From Alphaproteobacteria bacterium (GTDB taxonomy: Bacteria > Pseudomonadota > Alphaproteobacteria > Bin95), in assembly GCA_964291285.2 (NCBI GenBank), contig OZ219787.1, positions 1,696,001 to 1,760,000 on the forward strand: a stretch of DNA of 64,000 bases, in the 5' to 3' direction. The position numbers and the translations under genes are program-made. Of the stretch, positions 53,315 through 64,000 are shown piece after piece. The stretch's first letter is position 1. Each line of letters opens with the position of its first letter. The notes below the pieces were generated by a model. That model saw only the letters and a program-made list of their open reading frames with translations. It ran no database searches and was not told the origin of the DNA.

Positions 53315-55314
53315 GAGGCGGCCCGGAAGCCTACAAGCTCGACGCCTTCCTCCACCCGGTCGCCGACGGCGAAGGGCAGGGACTCGACCGTTCCGTCGGC
53401 AGGCGCGGCGATGGTGTGCTCCATCTTCATCGCCTCCAGCACGAGCAGCGGCGCGTCTTTGCGAACCGTTTGCCCGGCCTCCACCAGCACGCGGACGACG
53501 GTGCCCGGCATGGGCGAGGTCAGCCGCCCGCCGCCGATCTCCGCGCCCTGGGCCGCGGCGCCGGGGTCTTCGAGGAGAATCTGCCGCCGCGCGCCGTCCA
53601 GGAAGACCGCGAGCCGGTTGCCGTCCGCGATGACGGCGCCGCTTTGCCGGCGGCCGTCGATTTCGGCCGTCAGCCCGCCGTCCGCGCCGCGCGCAACGCC
53701 GGCAACCGGAATCGCGCGCTCGCCGTATTCCAGCCGGTAGCCGCCGGCAGTATGGGCGGTTTCGTATGTCACCTTCTCGCCACCGTCGTCGAAGTCGAGC
53801 CGGTCGAGTCCCTCGCCGTTGAGGCGCCAGGCGTCGCCGCGGCCCCAGGGCGAGAAGCGGTCCGGCGCGGCGTCCTGCCGGGCAAGCCGGCGCGCGGCCC
53901 TGTCCTCGAGTACGGCGACGGCCGCCATGGCGCGCATGGCCTCCGCATCGCCCGCAGGCGGCGCGGCCGCCGCGATATCGTGCGTCTCGATGAAATGCGT
54001 ATCCAGCGCGGCTTCCGCGAAGGCGGGGTGGCGGACCAGGGCCTCCAGGAAGAACAGGTTGGTGCCCGGGCCGGTGATACGGGTGTCGGCGAGCGCGTCG
54101 GCCAGCGCGAGCCGGGCGCGTTCGCGGTCCTCGCCCCAGGCGGTGAGCTTGGCGATCATCGGGTCGTAGAACGGCGTGATCTCGTCGCCCGTCTCGACGC
54201 CGCTGTCGATGCGCAGGCCCGGCCGGCCTTCCGGGAATGAGAGATGGGCGAGCCGCCCCGTCTGCGGCAGGAAGCCCCGCGCCGGGTCCTCGGCATAGAG
54301 CCTGGCCTCGACGGCGTGGCCGGAGGCGGCGACGTCTTCCTGCGAGAAGGCCAGCGGCTCTCCGGCGGCTATGCGAAGCTGCCATTCCACCAGGTCGAGC
54401 CCGGTCACCATCTCGGTCACCGGGTGCTCGACCTGGAGGCGGGTGTTCATCTCGATGAAGTGGAAGGCGCCGCCCTCATCGACCAGGAATTCCACCGTGC
54501 CCGCGCCGGTATAGCCGATGGCGCGCGCGAGCCTGACGGCGGCTTCGCCCATCTCCGCGCGCAGCGAATCGGGCAGGCCGGGCGCCGGCGCCTCCTCGAT
54601 CACCTTCTGGTGCCGGCGCTGGATCGAGCAGTCGCGGTCGAGCAGGTGCAGCACCGCGCCATGCGCATCGGCCAGCACCTGCACCTCCACATGGCGGGGC
54701 CGGGCGATATAGCGCTCCAGCAGCAGCGCGCCGTCGCCGAAGGCCGCGGCGGCTTCGCGCTCCGCCGCCGCGAGCGCCCCGGCCAGGTCCTCCGCGCGTT
54801 CGACGATGCGCATGCCGCGCCCGCCGCCGCCGGCCGAGGCCTTGACCAGCACCGGATAGCCGATCTCCGCCGCCGCCTCCGCCAGCCGCTCCAGCGTTGC
54901 ATCCGCGCCGTGGTAGCCCGGCACGAGAGGCACGTTTGCGTCGGCGGCGATTTTCTTCGCGGCGCTCTTGGAGCCCATCGCCCGGATCGCGTCGGCCGGC
55001 GGGCCGACGAAGGCGAGGCCGGCTGCGGCGACGCGCTCGGCGAACTCCGCATTTTCGGAGAGGAAGCCGTAGCCCGGATGCACCGCCTCCGCGCCGGTGC
55101 GCCGCGCGGCGTCGATCAGCGCGTCGATGTCGAGATAGCTGGCCTGCGCGCGCGCCGGGCCGATGCACACGCTCTCGTCCGCCGCCCGGACATGGGCCGC
55201 GCCGGCGTCCGCCTCGGAATGGACGGCGGCGACATGCAGCCCCATGCGCCGGGCGGTCCGGGCGATGCGGCAGGCGATCTCGCCGCGGTTGGCGATCAGA
55301 AGCCGCCGGAACAT
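53311..55314 (-). CDS. acyl-CoA (methylcrotonyl-CoA-type) carboxylase alpha subunit
   Basis: LIANRGEIA, HPGYGFLSEN, EMNTRLQVEHPVTE, biotinyl EAMKME. Confidence 0.93.
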   Translation of the reverse strand: MFRRLLIANRGEIACRIARTARRMGLHVAAVHSEADAGAAHVRAADESVCIGPARAQASYLDIDALIDAARRTGAEAVHPGYGFLSENAEFAERVAAAGLAFVGPPADAIRAMGSKSAAKKIAADANVPLVPGYHGADATLERLAEAAAEIGYPVLVKASAGGGGRGMRIVERAEDLAGALAAAEREAAAAFGDGALLLERYIARPRHVEVQVLADAHGAVLHLLDRDCSIQRRHQKVIEEAPAPGLPDSLRAEMGEAAVRLARAIGYTGAGTVEFLVDEGGAFHFIEMNTRLQVEHPVTEMVTGLDLVEWQLRIAAGEPLAFSQEDVAASGHAVEARLYAEDPARGFLPQTGRLAHLSFPEGRPGLRIDSGVETGDEITPFYDPMIAKLTAWGEDRERARLALADALADTRITGPGTNLFFLEALVRHPAFAEAALDTHFIETHDIAAAAPPAGDAEAMRAMAAVAVLEDRAARRLARQDAAPDRFSPWGRGDAWRLNGEGLDRLDFDDGGEKVTYETAHTAGGYRLEYGERAIPVAGVARGADGGLTAEIDGRRQSGAVIADGNRLAVFLDGARRQILLEDPGAAAQGAEIGGGRLTSPMPGTVVRVLVEAGQTVRKDAPLLVLEAMKMEHTIAAPADGTVESLPFAVGDRVEEGVELVGFRAAS

Positions 55315-55443
55315 GATGCACCCATTCCCCGAAAACGCCCCCGCTCGACGCCGCCACCATAGCCGCGCCGCCGGGCGGGCGGAAGACGGCAACGCGGAGC
55401 GCGGCAATTGCATATCGCCGGGCGCGAGCGCATATTTGCAGCC

Positions 55444-55689
55444 ATGAAGGAGATTGTTGCCAAGGAAGCGGGGATCGGTCCGATCCTCGACGCCGCCCGC
55501 GAAGCGCCGGTCCGTATCGCAGGCGAAGACGGGACTGTCTGCGTGGCCATGTCCCTGGAGCGCTATGAGCGTCTTCGCGAAGCCGCCTGGGACCGGCTCG
55601 CGGTGTCGATAGACAATCTCCGAAAGGAGGCGGCGGCCAACGGTTTGACGGAAGCGAAGCTCGAAGCGCTTCTGGCCGATGAAAGCTAG
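55444..55689 (+). CDS. Phd/YefM-like antitoxin
   Basis: ILDAAREAPVRI...VAMSLERYERL; overlaps downstream PIN gene. Confidence 0.65.
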   Translation: MKEIVAKEAGIGPILDAAREAPVRIAGEDGTVCVAMSLERYERLREAAWDRLAVSIDNLRKEAAANGLTEAKLEALLADES

Positions 55690-56113
55690 GCGTGTCGTTG
55701 TTGACACGAATGTCCTGATAAGTGCGGTGCTTCAGCCCCAGGGACCGCCGCAAGCGGTAGTCGATACCGTTCTGGCGGAAAGGATTGCGCCGCTGTTTTG
55801 CGACGCAACTTTCGAAGAATTGCGGAGCAGGCTTCGGCGCCGGAAATTCGACCGTTACGTGGGACACGCAAGCCGCGAATTCCATCTTGAGCGGCTTGCG
55901 GACGTTGCCGAATGGGTTGCGATTTCCGGTACTCCCATGGGCTGCCGGGACCCGGACGACGACAAGTTCCTGGAGACGGCGCTTCGGGGCGGCGCGGACT
56001 GCCTGATTACCGGCGACCGGGACCTGCTGGAGATGTCGCCGTTCATGGGCATTCCGATCGTGACGCCCGCGGGTTTCCTTGCGGTGCGGGATGAGTCCGC
56101 ATCGCGGGATTGA
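55679..56113 (+). CDS. PIN-family toxin
   Basis: VVDTNVLISA, CRDPDDDKFLETA, ITGDRDLL. Confidence 0.88.
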   Translation: MKARRVVVDTNVLISAVLQPQGPPQAVVDTVLAERIAPLFCDATFEELRSRLRRRKFDRYVGHASREFHLERLADVAEWVAISGTPMGCRDPDDDKFLETALRGGADCLITGDRDLLEMSPFMGIPIVTPAGFLAVRDESASRD

Positions 56114-56150
56114 GGCGGGCGGCAGACGCGGCCTCGTGTAACATGGCGGC

Positions 56151-58250
56151 ATGATTCGGGCGTTCGGGATTCTGGCGGTCCTCGCCGTCCTCTGGGGCTG
56201 GCCGGCCGGCATGGCGGCGCAGGAAGCGCCGGCCGGGCCGGACGTGGCGGAACTGGAGGCGCTGGCTGCCGAGCTGAAGGACGAGGCGAAGCGGGCGGCG
56301 CTTGTCCGGCGCATCGAGGCGCTGGCGGCGGCGCGGCGCGGGGGCGAACCGGAAGCGGAGGAACCGGCGCGCGGGCCGCTGGCGTCCGTCACCGAGAGCA
56401 TCGCGGCCTTCGGCGGCGATGTCGCGGGGTCGCTGTCCTTCGCGTTCGATCCCGGCGTGTTCCGCCAATGGCTGGAGCAGGGGTTCGACGATCCGGCGAG
56501 CGGCGCGCCCCTCTGGACGGTGCTCGGACAGGCGCTGCTGGTCCTGCTCGCCGGGTTCGTCGTCGAAATCGCGGCGCGGCGCCTCATGGCGGGCCTGCGC
56601 CGGGCCTCGGAGCGGCCGGAGGCCGGCGGCGCCGGCGAGCGGCTGCTGGCGGCGGCGGTCGCGCTGCTGCTCGGGATCGTGCCTGTCGCGGCCTTCGCGG
56701 TCGCGAGCTTCGCTGCGGTTTCCGTGGCGGCGCTGCCGCAGACCGCGGCGGAACTGGTCCTCGCCGTCGTCTATGCGAGCAGCGGGGCGCGGCTTGCGAT
56801 GCTGGCGGTGCGCGCGGTGACGGAGCCGCTCGACGGTGGCGCGGGCCTGCTCACCTGGCTCCGGCGCCTGGTTCTCGCCGTCGCCTACGGTTGGCTCGTC
56901 TGCGAGGCCGCGCGCATCTTCGCGCTGCCGCCGGCGCCTTACCGGCTGCTGGTCGATCTCGCCGGCCTGGCGGTGCTGGCCGTGGCCGTCTCCATGGTGC
57001 TGCGCAACCGCAGGACCGTCAGGGACCGCCTGCGCGGCGACGGGAGCGGGATCGGGGCCCGGCTTGCCGATGTCTGGCATGTCGTCGCCATCGCCTATCT
57101 GGCGGCCGTCTTCCTGGTCTGGGCCGCCGCGGTGGAAGGCGGGTTCGCCTATGTCGGGGAGGCGTCTGCCTGGACGGTCGCGGCCGCCGCCGCCGCACGA
57201 CTGGCCGACCTCGGCGTTCTGCGGCTCGTCGATATGGCGGCGCGCTGGGAAGTCCGGGCCAACAGCCGGTTCCCCGGCGTCAAGGCGCGCGCCGACCGCT
57301 ATGTGCCGGTCCTGCGCAAATGCCTCAGGACGGGCGTATGGCTCATCGCCGCGGTCGCCGCGCTGGAGGCATGGCGCGCGCCGGTGCTGGACCTGCTGGC
57401 GGCGCCGGCGGGAGAGCGCATCATCGGCGCTCTGGTGCGGATTGCGCTGGTCCTCGGCGTCTTCCTCGTGCTGTGGGAGGCGCTCTGCCTCGCCATCGAG
57501 CGCTATCTGGACGCCCGCGACGAGGACGGCAACCCGGTCGAGCGCAGCGGCAGGGCGCGCACCCTGCTGCCGCTGCTGCGCCGTGCGAGCGCCGTGCTGC
57601 TGCTGACGGTGGGCGGGCTGACGGCCGCCTCCGAACTCGGCATCGACATCGCCCCGCTGCTGGCCGGCGTCGGCATCGCCGGCCTCGCCATCGGCTTCGG
57701 GGCGCAGACGCTGGTGAAGGACGTCATCACCGGCCTGTTCATCGTCATGGAGGACCAGGTTGCGGTCGGCGAATATGTGTCCGTCGCGGGTCATGCCGGT
57801 ATCGTCGAGGGCATGTCGATCCGCACCATCCGTCTCAGGGACCTCTCGGGCACCGTCCATGTCGTGCCGTTCGGCGAGGTCGGCACGGTCGAGAACCTGA
57901 CGCGCGATTACTCATACGCGGTGATCGACGCGGGCGTCGGGTACGGCGAGGACACCGACCGCGTGAGCGACGTGCTGCGCGAGATCGCGGCCGGGATGGA
58001 AAGCGACGGGGACTGGCGGGACCGCGTCATCCCGCCCTTCGAGGTGTTCGGCGTCCAGGAGCTTGGCGACTCGGCTGTTGTCGTCCGCTGCCGCTTCAAA
58101 ACGCCGCCCATGCACCAGTGGGCGGTCGCGCGCGAGTTCCGCCGCCGGATGAAGAAGCGTTTCGACGAGCTCGGGATCGAAATCCCGTTCCCGCACCGGA
58201 CCGTCTATTTCGGCGGCGGCAAGCCTCCGGAGCCCGAGCCGGAAAGCTGA
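56151..58250 (+). CDS. MscS-family mechanosensitive channel (YbiO-like)
   Basis: Many TM helices, [27 protein letters not shown]. Confidence 0.9.
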   Translation: MIRAFGILAVLAVLWGWPAGMAAQEAPAGPDVAELEALAAELKDEAKRAALVRRIEALAAARRGGEPEAEEPARGPLASVTESIAAFGGDVAGSLSFAFDPGVFRQWLEQGFDDPASGAPLWTVLGQALLVLLAGFVVEIAARRLMAGLRRASERPEAGGAGERLLAAAVALLLGIVPVAAFAVASFAAVSVAALPQTAAELVLAVVYASSGARLAMLAVRAVTEPLDGGAGLLTWLRRLVLAVAYGWLVCEAARIFALPPAPYRLLVDLAGLAVLAVAVSMVLRNRRTVRDRLRGDGSGIGARLADVWHVVAIAYLAAVFLVWAAAVEGGFAYVGEASAWTVAAAAAARLADLGVLRLVDMAARWEVRANSRFPGVKARADRYVPVLRKCLRTGVWLIAAVAALEAWRAPVLDLLAAPAGERIIGALVRIALVLGVFLVLWEALCLAIERYLDARDEDGNPVERSGRARTLLPLLRRASAVLLLTVGGLTAASELGIDIAPLLAGVGIAGLAIGFGAQTLVKDVITGLFIVMEDQVAVGEYVSVAGHAGIVEGMSIRTIRLRDLSGTVHVVPFGEVGTVENLTRDYSYAVIDAGVGYGEDTDRVSDVLREIAAGMESDGDWRDRVIPPFEVFGVQELGDSAVVVRCRFKTPPMHQWAVAREFRRRMKKRFDELGIEIPFPHRTVYFGGGKPPEPEPES

Positions 58251-58753
58251 TCGCGGAGGAACGCCAGGATCTCCGGCGCATCCCATTCCGCCGGGCCTTC
58301 GAGGCGTCCGACCTCCCGGCCTTGCGCGTCGATCAAGACGGTCGTGGGCAGGATGCGGACATTCATCGCGCCGCCGACGGCGTTGCGGGGGTCGAGATAG
58401 CGCTTCAGCCGCGCAATGCCGTGCTCGTTGAAGAACGGGTCCACCCGCTCGGCCCCGCCCCGGTCTATGGAGAGCGCCACGACCTCCAGTTTTTCGCCGC
58501 CGAGTTCGCCCTGCAATCGGTCGAGCGAGGGCATTTCGCGCCGGCAGGGGGCGCACCATGTGGCCCAGAAATTAAGCACGACCAGCTTGCCGCCGAACCG
58601 GGCGAGCGTTATCTCGCCGCCGTCGGGGCCGGTGAAGGCGGCGTCCGGCGCGGGTGCCGGCGGGTCCGTCTTCCGGTAGTTTTGCAGCCAGCCCTCCGCC
58701 GCCGCGGCGGTTCCGCCGGCGATACAGAAGACCAGGAGAAGCGAGCGCAGCAT
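58205..58753 (-). CDS. tlpA: TlpA-family thiol:disulfide oxidoreductase
   Basis: [18 protein letters not shown]. Confidence 0.9.
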   Translation of the reverse strand: MLRSLLLVFCIAGGTAAAAEGWLQNYRKTDPPAPAPDAAFTGPDGGEITLARFGGKLVVLNFWATWCAPCRREMPSLDRLQGELGGEKLEVVALSIDRGGAERVDPFFNEHGIARLKRYLDPRNAVGGAMNVRILPTTVLIDAQGREVGRLEGPAEWDAPEILAFLRDQLSGSGSGGLPPPK

Positions 58754-60158
58754 GGCGCCTCCCCAAAGTTCCGACCCGCCCGCCAACGCCATGTGGGGCG
58801 GGCGCTTCGCCGGCGGGCCGTCGGACATCATGGCCGCGATCAACGCCTCCGTCGGCTTCGACCGGCGCCTGCACGCACAGGATATCCGCGGCTCGCGCGC
58901 CCACCTGGACATGCTCGAAGCCGCGGGCATCGTGAGCGCGCCGGACGCCGCGGCGATCCGCGAGGGCCTCGACCGGGTCGAGCAGGAGATAGCGGCAGGA
59001 CGCTTCGTCTTCAAGCCGGAGCTCGAGGACATCCACATGAACATCGAGGCCCGGCTGGCGGAGCTGGTCGGCCCGGTGGCCGGCCGCCTGCACACGGCGC
59101 GCTCGCGCAACGACCAGGTGGCGACGGACTTCCGGCTCTGGGTGCGGGACGAGATCGACGCCGTCGATGCGGCGCTCGTCGATGCCCAGGCCGCCTTCAT
59201 CGGGAAGGCTGAGGCCTGGCCGGACCTGCCCATGCCGGGCTTCACGCATTTGCAGAACGGCCAGCCGGTCACATTCGGCCACCACATGCTGGCCTATGTC
59301 GAGATGCTGGGCCGCGACCGGGAGCGCTTCGCCGATGCCCGGTGTCGCCTGAACGAATCGCCGCTGGGCGCGGCCGCGCTGGCGGGCACGCCGTTTCCCA
59401 TCGACCGGGAGATGACGGCCGCCGCGCTCGGCTTCGACCGGCCGGCGGCCAATTCCATGGATGCCGTTTCCGACCGCGACTTCGCGCTGGAGTTCCTGGC
59501 GGCGGGTGCGATCACGGCGCTTCACCTTTCCCGGTTTGCGGAAGAGGTTGTGCTTTGGACGAGCGCGCAATTCCGCTTCGTCAGCCTCTCCGACGCCTTC
59601 ACCACGGGCAGCTCGATCATGCCGCAGAAGCGCAACCCGGATGCGGCGGAGTTGGTGCGGGCCAAGCCGGGACGGCTGCTCGGCGCCTTCACCTCGCTCG
59701 CCACCATGCTCAAGGGGCTTCCGCTCACCTATGGCAAGGACATGCAGGAGGACAAGGAGCCGACCTTCGAGGCGGCCGACTCGCTGATGCTGGCCATCGC
59801 CGCTACAGCCGGCATGGTGCGCGACATGGAACCGGATCCCGGGCGGCTCCGGGCTGCGGCCGAGGTCGGTCATCCGACCGCCACCGACCTCGCCGACTGG
59901 CTGGTGCGCAGGCTCGGCATGCCCTTCCGGGAAGCGCACCGCGTGACGGGGGAGCTGGTGGCCGAGGCCGACCGGCGCGGGCTTGCACTCTCCCGATTGC
60001 CGCTTGACGCCATGCAGGCGGTTGAGGCCGGCATCGACGAAAGCGTGTACGATGTCCTTTCCATAGAGCGGTCGATTGCAGCGCGGACCAGCTACGGCGG
60101 AACCGCGCCGGAGAATGTGCGCCGCGCCGCAGCGGCCGCGCGGGAGCGTTTCCTGTGA
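58752..60158 (+). CDS. argH: argininosuccinate lyase
   Basis: [27 protein letters not shown]. Confidence 0.96.
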   Translation: MAPPQSSDPPANAMWGGRFAGGPSDIMAAINASVGFDRRLHAQDIRGSRAHLDMLEAAGIVSAPDAAAIREGLDRVEQEIAAGRFVFKPELEDIHMNIEARLAELVGPVAGRLHTARSRNDQVATDFRLWVRDEIDAVDAALVDAQAAFIGKAEAWPDLPMPGFTHLQNGQPVTFGHHMLAYVEMLGRDRERFADARCRLNESPLGAAALAGTPFPIDREMTAAALGFDRPAANSMDAVSDRDFALEFLAAGAITALHLSRFAEEVVLWTSAQFRFVSLSDAFTTGSSIMPQKRNPDAAELVRAKPGRLLGAFTSLATMLKGLPLTYGKDMQEDKEPTFEAADSLMLAIAATAGMVRDMEPDPGRLRAAAEVGHPTATDLADWLVRRLGMPFREAHRVTGELVAEADRRGLALSRLPLDAMQAVEAGIDESVYDVLSIERSIAARTSYGGTAPENVRRAAAAARERFL

Positions 60159-60286
60159 AGACCCTGTGCTGGATTCTGTTGTTCGCCGCGCTTTCAGCCG
60201 CGTTATCGGGCTGCGGACGCAAAAGCGACCTCGAGCACCCGCCGGAGTCGGAAGCGACTTTCCCGAGGACCTATCCCACCAAATGA
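60155..60286 (+). CDS. small lipoprotein LptM/YifL/LppL-like (43 aa, not in ORF track)
   Basis: [30 protein letters not shown]...; lipobox LSGC; overlaps the argH stop and lysA start. Confidence 0.8.
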   Translation: MKTLCWILLFAALSAALSGCGRKSDLEHPPESEATFPRTYPTK

Positions 60287-61557
60287 GGCCGTTCGACTAT
60301 ATCGGCGGCAGCCTGGCGGCCGGGCCGGTCCGGCTGGCGGACGTCGCGGCCGAGGTAGGCACACCCGTCTATGTGTATTCCGCCGACGCCGTCGAGGCCG
60401 CCTATCGCGAGTTCGAGGCGGCGCTGGCCCCGGCGCGCATCTGCTATGCGATGAAGGCGAACGGCAACCTTGCGGTGCTGCGGCTGCTGGCCGGGCTCGG
60501 AGCGGGCGCGGATGTCGTGTCGGAGGGTGAGCTCCGGCGCGCGCTTGCAGCCGGCATTCCGCCGGAAAAGATCGTCTTCTCCGGAGTCGGCAAGACCGAC
60601 GCGGAAATGGAGGCCGCGCTCCGGAGCGGCATTCTCCAGATCAACTGCGAGAGCGCATCGGAAGTCCGCAGCCTGTCGCGCATCGCGTCGGGCTTCGGCC
60701 TGACCGCGTCCGTCGCGCTCCGGATCAATCCCGATGTGGATGCCGGCACGCTCGACCAGATCAGCACCGGGCGTAAGACCGACAAGTTCGGCGTGGCGTG
60801 GACCGAGGCGCCGGCCCTCTTCCGCGAGGCCGCCGGGCTTCCCGGCCTGTCGATGGAAGGGATTGCGGTGCATATCGGCTCGCAACTGGGCGAACTGGAG
60901 CCTTACCGCCGCGCCTTCAGCCGTGTCGCCGAGCTCACGCGCATTCTGGGGGCCGACGGCGCCCGCATCCGGCGCCTCGACCTCGGCGGCGGGTTCGGTA
61001 TCCGCTATTGCGACGAGACGCCCTTGCCGCTTGCCGGCTACGCAAGGGTCGTTGAAGAGGAGGTCGGCGGCCTCGGTTGCGAATTGGTGGTGGAGCCGGG
61101 CCGGCGGCTGGTGGGGCCGGCCGGCGTCCTGCTCGCGCGGGTGGTTGCCGTCAAGGAGACACCGGCCCGCCGATTCGTTATTGTCGATGCCGGCATGAAC
61201 GATCTGGTCCGCCCAATGATGTACGGGGCCTGGCACGATATCCTGCCTCTCGCGGCTCCGCCGGAAGGAGCCGAATACCGGCCGGCGGATGTGGTGGGAC
61301 CGGTTTGCGAGACGACGGACAAATTCGCCGATGAGCGCCTGCTGCCACCGCTGGAGGCGGGCGACCTCGTGGCCTTCTGCGAGGCCGGAGCCTATGGCGC
61401 CGTAATGGCCTCGACCTATAACGGGCGCCCGCTCGTGCCGGAAGTGCTGGTGCGGGGCGCCCGGTTCGATGTAGTGCGCGTCCGCCCGACCTTCGAGGAA
61501 AACCTGGCACTGGAGCGACTGCCGGACTGGCTCCGCGGCTCGGACGGAAGCGGATGA
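60283..61557 (+). CDS. lysA: diaminopimelate decarboxylase
   Basis: YAMKAN, HIGSQ, DLGGG, EPGR, GPVCET. Confidence 0.95.
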   Translation: MRPFDYIGGSLAAGPVRLADVAAEVGTPVYVYSADAVEAAYREFEAALAPARICYAMKANGNLAVLRLLAGLGAGADVVSEGELRRALAAGIPPEKIVFSGVGKTDAEMEAALRSGILQINCESASEVRSLSRIASGFGLTASVALRINPDVDAGTLDQISTGRKTDKFGVAWTEAPALFREAAGLPGLSMEGIAVHIGSQLGELEPYRRAFSRVAELTRILGADGARIRRLDLGGGFGIRYCDETPLPLAGYARVVEEEVGGLGCELVVEPGRRLVGPAGVLLARVVAVKETPARRFVIVDAGMNDLVRPMMYGAWHDILPLAAPPEGAEYRPADVVGPVCETTDKFADERLLPPLEAGDLVAFCEAGAYGAVMASTYNGRPLVPEVLVRGARFDVVRVRPTFEENLALERLPDWLRGSDGSG

Positions 61558-63941
61558 GCCTCCGCCGCCGGCTCGCGCGGACGCGCCTGCAGGCGCGCTT
61601 GGTGCTGGTCGGCCAGGCGCTCTGGTCGGCCTTCTGGCCGGGCCAGGCAATCCTCGGGGCCTTCTTGCTCCTGGCGCTGAGCGATGCGCTGCCCCGACTG
61701 GACGGCTGGACCCATTCGGCCGTGCTCTGCGCGCTGGCGGCCGCGCTCGGATGGATGGTCTGGCGGGCCGTAAGGCGGTTCCGCCCGCCGACGCGGGAAG
61801 CCGCGGACCGCCAGGTTGAACGGGCGAGCGGCCTCCGACACCGCCCGTTGGCGAGCCTGGAAGACCGTCCAGCAGCGGCGGAACCGGCGGCACGGGCGCT
61901 CTGGGGGGAGCATCTGGCCCGGATTTCCGGGCGAATTCGCCGCTTGCGGGCGGGTTGGCCGGCCGGCGTCATGCCGGCGCAGGACCCCTGGGCCCTGCGC
62001 ATCCTCACACTGGTCTGTCTGGCGACGGCATTCGGCCTTGTCGGCAGTGAGGCCGGGGACCGGCTCGGGCGGGCGCTGACGCCGTCCTTCGCTGCGGCGC
62101 GCGCAGTTGCGCCCGTCTCCGTCGATTTGTGGATCGAGCCGCCGGCCTATACCGGGCGGCCGGCACTGTTCGCCGGGCCCGGGGGAACGGGCTTCGACCT
62201 GCCCGAGGGAAGCAGGATCCATGTGCGTGTGACGGGAGTGGACGAGGAGGTGACGCTGACCGCGGGACCGGACAGCGCACCGCTGGAACATTCCGGCGCG
62301 GTTGCGGAAGGCAGCATGCCGATCCGGATGGGCGGACGCATTGCCGTATCCGCCGGAGACCGGGAGCTGGCAGGCTGGCCGGTCTCGGTGATTCCCGACA
62401 GTCCGCCCACCGCCCACTTCGAATTGCCGCCTTTCGCGACCCAGCGGCATGCAATGCGCATCGAGTATGGCGGGAGCGACGATTACGGCGTCACCGCCAT
62501 GCGGGTCGAAGCGGTTCCAAAGGATGAGCCAACGGCCGAGCCGCTGGTCCTGCCCTTGCCGGTGCTGGGGGAACCCGTAGCGCCTCGCGGCAATGCCTAT
62601 TTCGACCTTACCGCCCATATCTGGGCCGGCCGCGAGGCGACTGTGCAGCTGTTCGCCGTGGACGGCGCCGGACAGGAAGGGGAGGGGCCGCCCCTCCGGT
62701 TCGTGCTGCCCGAACGGAAGTTCGAGCACCCTGTGGCGCGGGCCATTGTCGGGGAGCGCAAGATATTGCGCTGGGAGGGCAAGGACGCTTCGGCGGAACG
62801 GCTGGACGGCATTGCGGCGGGCACGGAACTTTACGATCGGGACCCCGCCGTGACGCTGGCGCTGGCTGTGGCGTCCGCGCGGCTTCGCGGGGCGGAGAAG
62901 GAAGAGCCCGCGCTCACAAGCGTGCGGAGCCTGCTGTGGAAGACCGCGCTCCGGTTGGAGGATGGCGGCCTCGCCCTTGCGGACCGCGAGCTTCGCGCTT
63001 CTCAGGACGCCATCATGCGGGCGCTCGAGACAGGCGCCCCGGCGGAGGAGATCGACCGGCTGTTCGACGAGTTGCGCCGGTCTATCGATCGCCTGTTGCG
63101 CGAACTCGCCTCGAAGGCCGGGGAGGCGGGCGATGAGGCCCAGCCGAACCCCGGCGCGCAGGAGCTTGACCGTCTGGTGGACCGGGAGGGGTTGCAGCAG
63201 ATGGTCGAGCGAATCCGCCGGCTGTGGGAAGCGGGCGCGCGCGACGATGCAAGGGAGCTGCTCGCGCAACTCCAGAACATATTGGAGAACATCCGCCTGG
63301 CGCGGATGGGCGAGGGCCAGGCCGAGCGCCAGGCGGACATGCTGCAGAAGCTCAGGGAGCTGAGGGAGCTGAGCCGCGACCAGCAACGCCTGCTGGACCG
63401 CACCTTTCGCCAGGGACGCCCGCCGCCGGAGGGCCAGCGCAAAGGCCCGCAAGGCGTTCGGCCGGGAGCCGACAGCGGATATCCGGACTTGCAGCGGGCG
63501 CAGGAGGTGCTGCGTCGGCGCCTTGGCGACTATATGCGCGGCCTCGGATCGGACGCAGGACGGGTGCCGCAGGAACTGGAGCGGGCCAACAGGTCGATGC
63601 ACGGCGCTTCCGGCGCGCTTCGGGCCGGCAACCGGGGCGAGGCGCTGGAGGCGCAGGGCCAGGCGCTGCAGGACCTTCAGCAGGCCGGCGAAGCCCTGCT
63701 TGAGAGTTTTGCGCGCGAAGGCGGGGGTCCGGGCGACATGATGGGCGGCCGATCCGAATTCGATCCGCTTGGCCGCCGCGATGGCGGCTTCATGCCGGAC
63801 GGCAGCGATGTCGTGTTGCCCGAGGAAGACAATTTCCAGCGTGCGCGGGATATCCGCGACGAATTGCGCCGGCGCGCCGGTGACGCAGCCCGCCCGCTTC
63901 CGGAGCGCGACTATATCGAAAGGCTGCTTCGCCGGTTTTAG
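61554..63941 (+). CDS. DUF4175 / TIGR02302-type membrane protein
   Basis: DPWALR, WIEPPAYT, SDDYGV, DPLGR, ERDYIERLL; usual neighbour of lysA. Confidence 0.8.
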   Translation: MSLRRRLARTRLQARLVLVGQALWSAFWPGQAILGAFLLLALSDALPRLDGWTHSAVLCALAAALGWMVWRAVRRFRPPTREAADRQVERASGLRHRPLASLEDRPAAAEPAARALWGEHLARISGRIRRLRAGWPAGVMPAQDPWALRILTLVCLATAFGLVGSEAGDRLGRALTPSFAAARAVAPVSVDLWIEPPAYTGRPALFAGPGGTGFDLPEGSRIHVRVTGVDEEVTLTAGPDSAPLEHSGAVAEGSMPIRMGGRIAVSAGDRELAGWPVSVIPDSPPTAHFELPPFATQRHAMRIEYGGSDDYGVTAMRVEAVPKDEPTAEPLVLPLPVLGEPVAPRGNAYFDLTAHIWAGREATVQLFAVDGAGQEGEGPPLRFVLPERKFEHPVARAIVGERKILRWEGKDASAERLDGIAAGTELYDRDPAVTLALAVASARLRGAEKEEPALTSVRSLLWKTALRLEDGGLALADRELRASQDAIMRALETGAPAEEIDRLFDELRRSIDRLLRELASKAGEAGDEAQPNPGAQELDRLVDREGLQQMVERIRRLWEAGARDDARELLAQLQNILENIRLARMGEGQAERQADMLQKLRELRELSRDQQRLLDRTFRQGRPPPEGQRKGPQGVRPGADSGYPDLQRAQEVLRRRLGDYMRGLGSDAGRVPQELERANRSMHGASGALRAGNRGEALEAQGQALQDLQQAGEALLESFAREGGGPGDMMGGRSEFDPLGRRDGGFMPDGSDVVLPEEDNFQRARDIRDELRRRAGDAARPLPERDYIERLLRRF

Positions 63942-64000
63942 CGCAGCGCCGGACGGGCTATGACTGCCCGGTCTCACTTACGAAGCAAGGAAGGGCTGGG

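Overview
High-GC bacterial chromosome segment; gene content and order (gatCAB, argH-lptM-lysA-DUF4175, asmA, DUF4169, soxBDAG) point to an alphaproteobacterium (inference). Most of it is ordinary housekeeping and catabolism: acyl-CoA dehydrogenases, threonine ammonia-lyase, gatCAB, pyrC, pyrF, cysS, sarcosine oxidase, an oligopeptide-type ABC transporter with CoA-transferases, a molybdoenzyme, argH/lysA and two PIN-type toxin-antitoxin pairs. Three accessory features stand out. (1) A penicillin-acylase-family gene is split into three pieces by an IS1634 and by a three-layer nested insertion (IS110 > unclassified 2.5 kb DDE IS > IS1595); all junctions can be read to the base, and the IS110 carries an IS621-like bridge-RNA region whose target-binding loop was itself hit by the nested IS. 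(2) A four-gene IS21-family transposon carries a Cys-rich protein and an apparently catalytically dead primase-like (DUF3991/Toprim) gene. (3) Two dispersed copies of an unexplained bipartite element: an AT-rich operator/promoter plus a ~250-nt structured leader at one end, helically phased CATGACA repeats at the other, and unrelated sequence between them. No rRNA, tRNA or CRISPR array was seen. All calls come from manual reading; no database searches were run.
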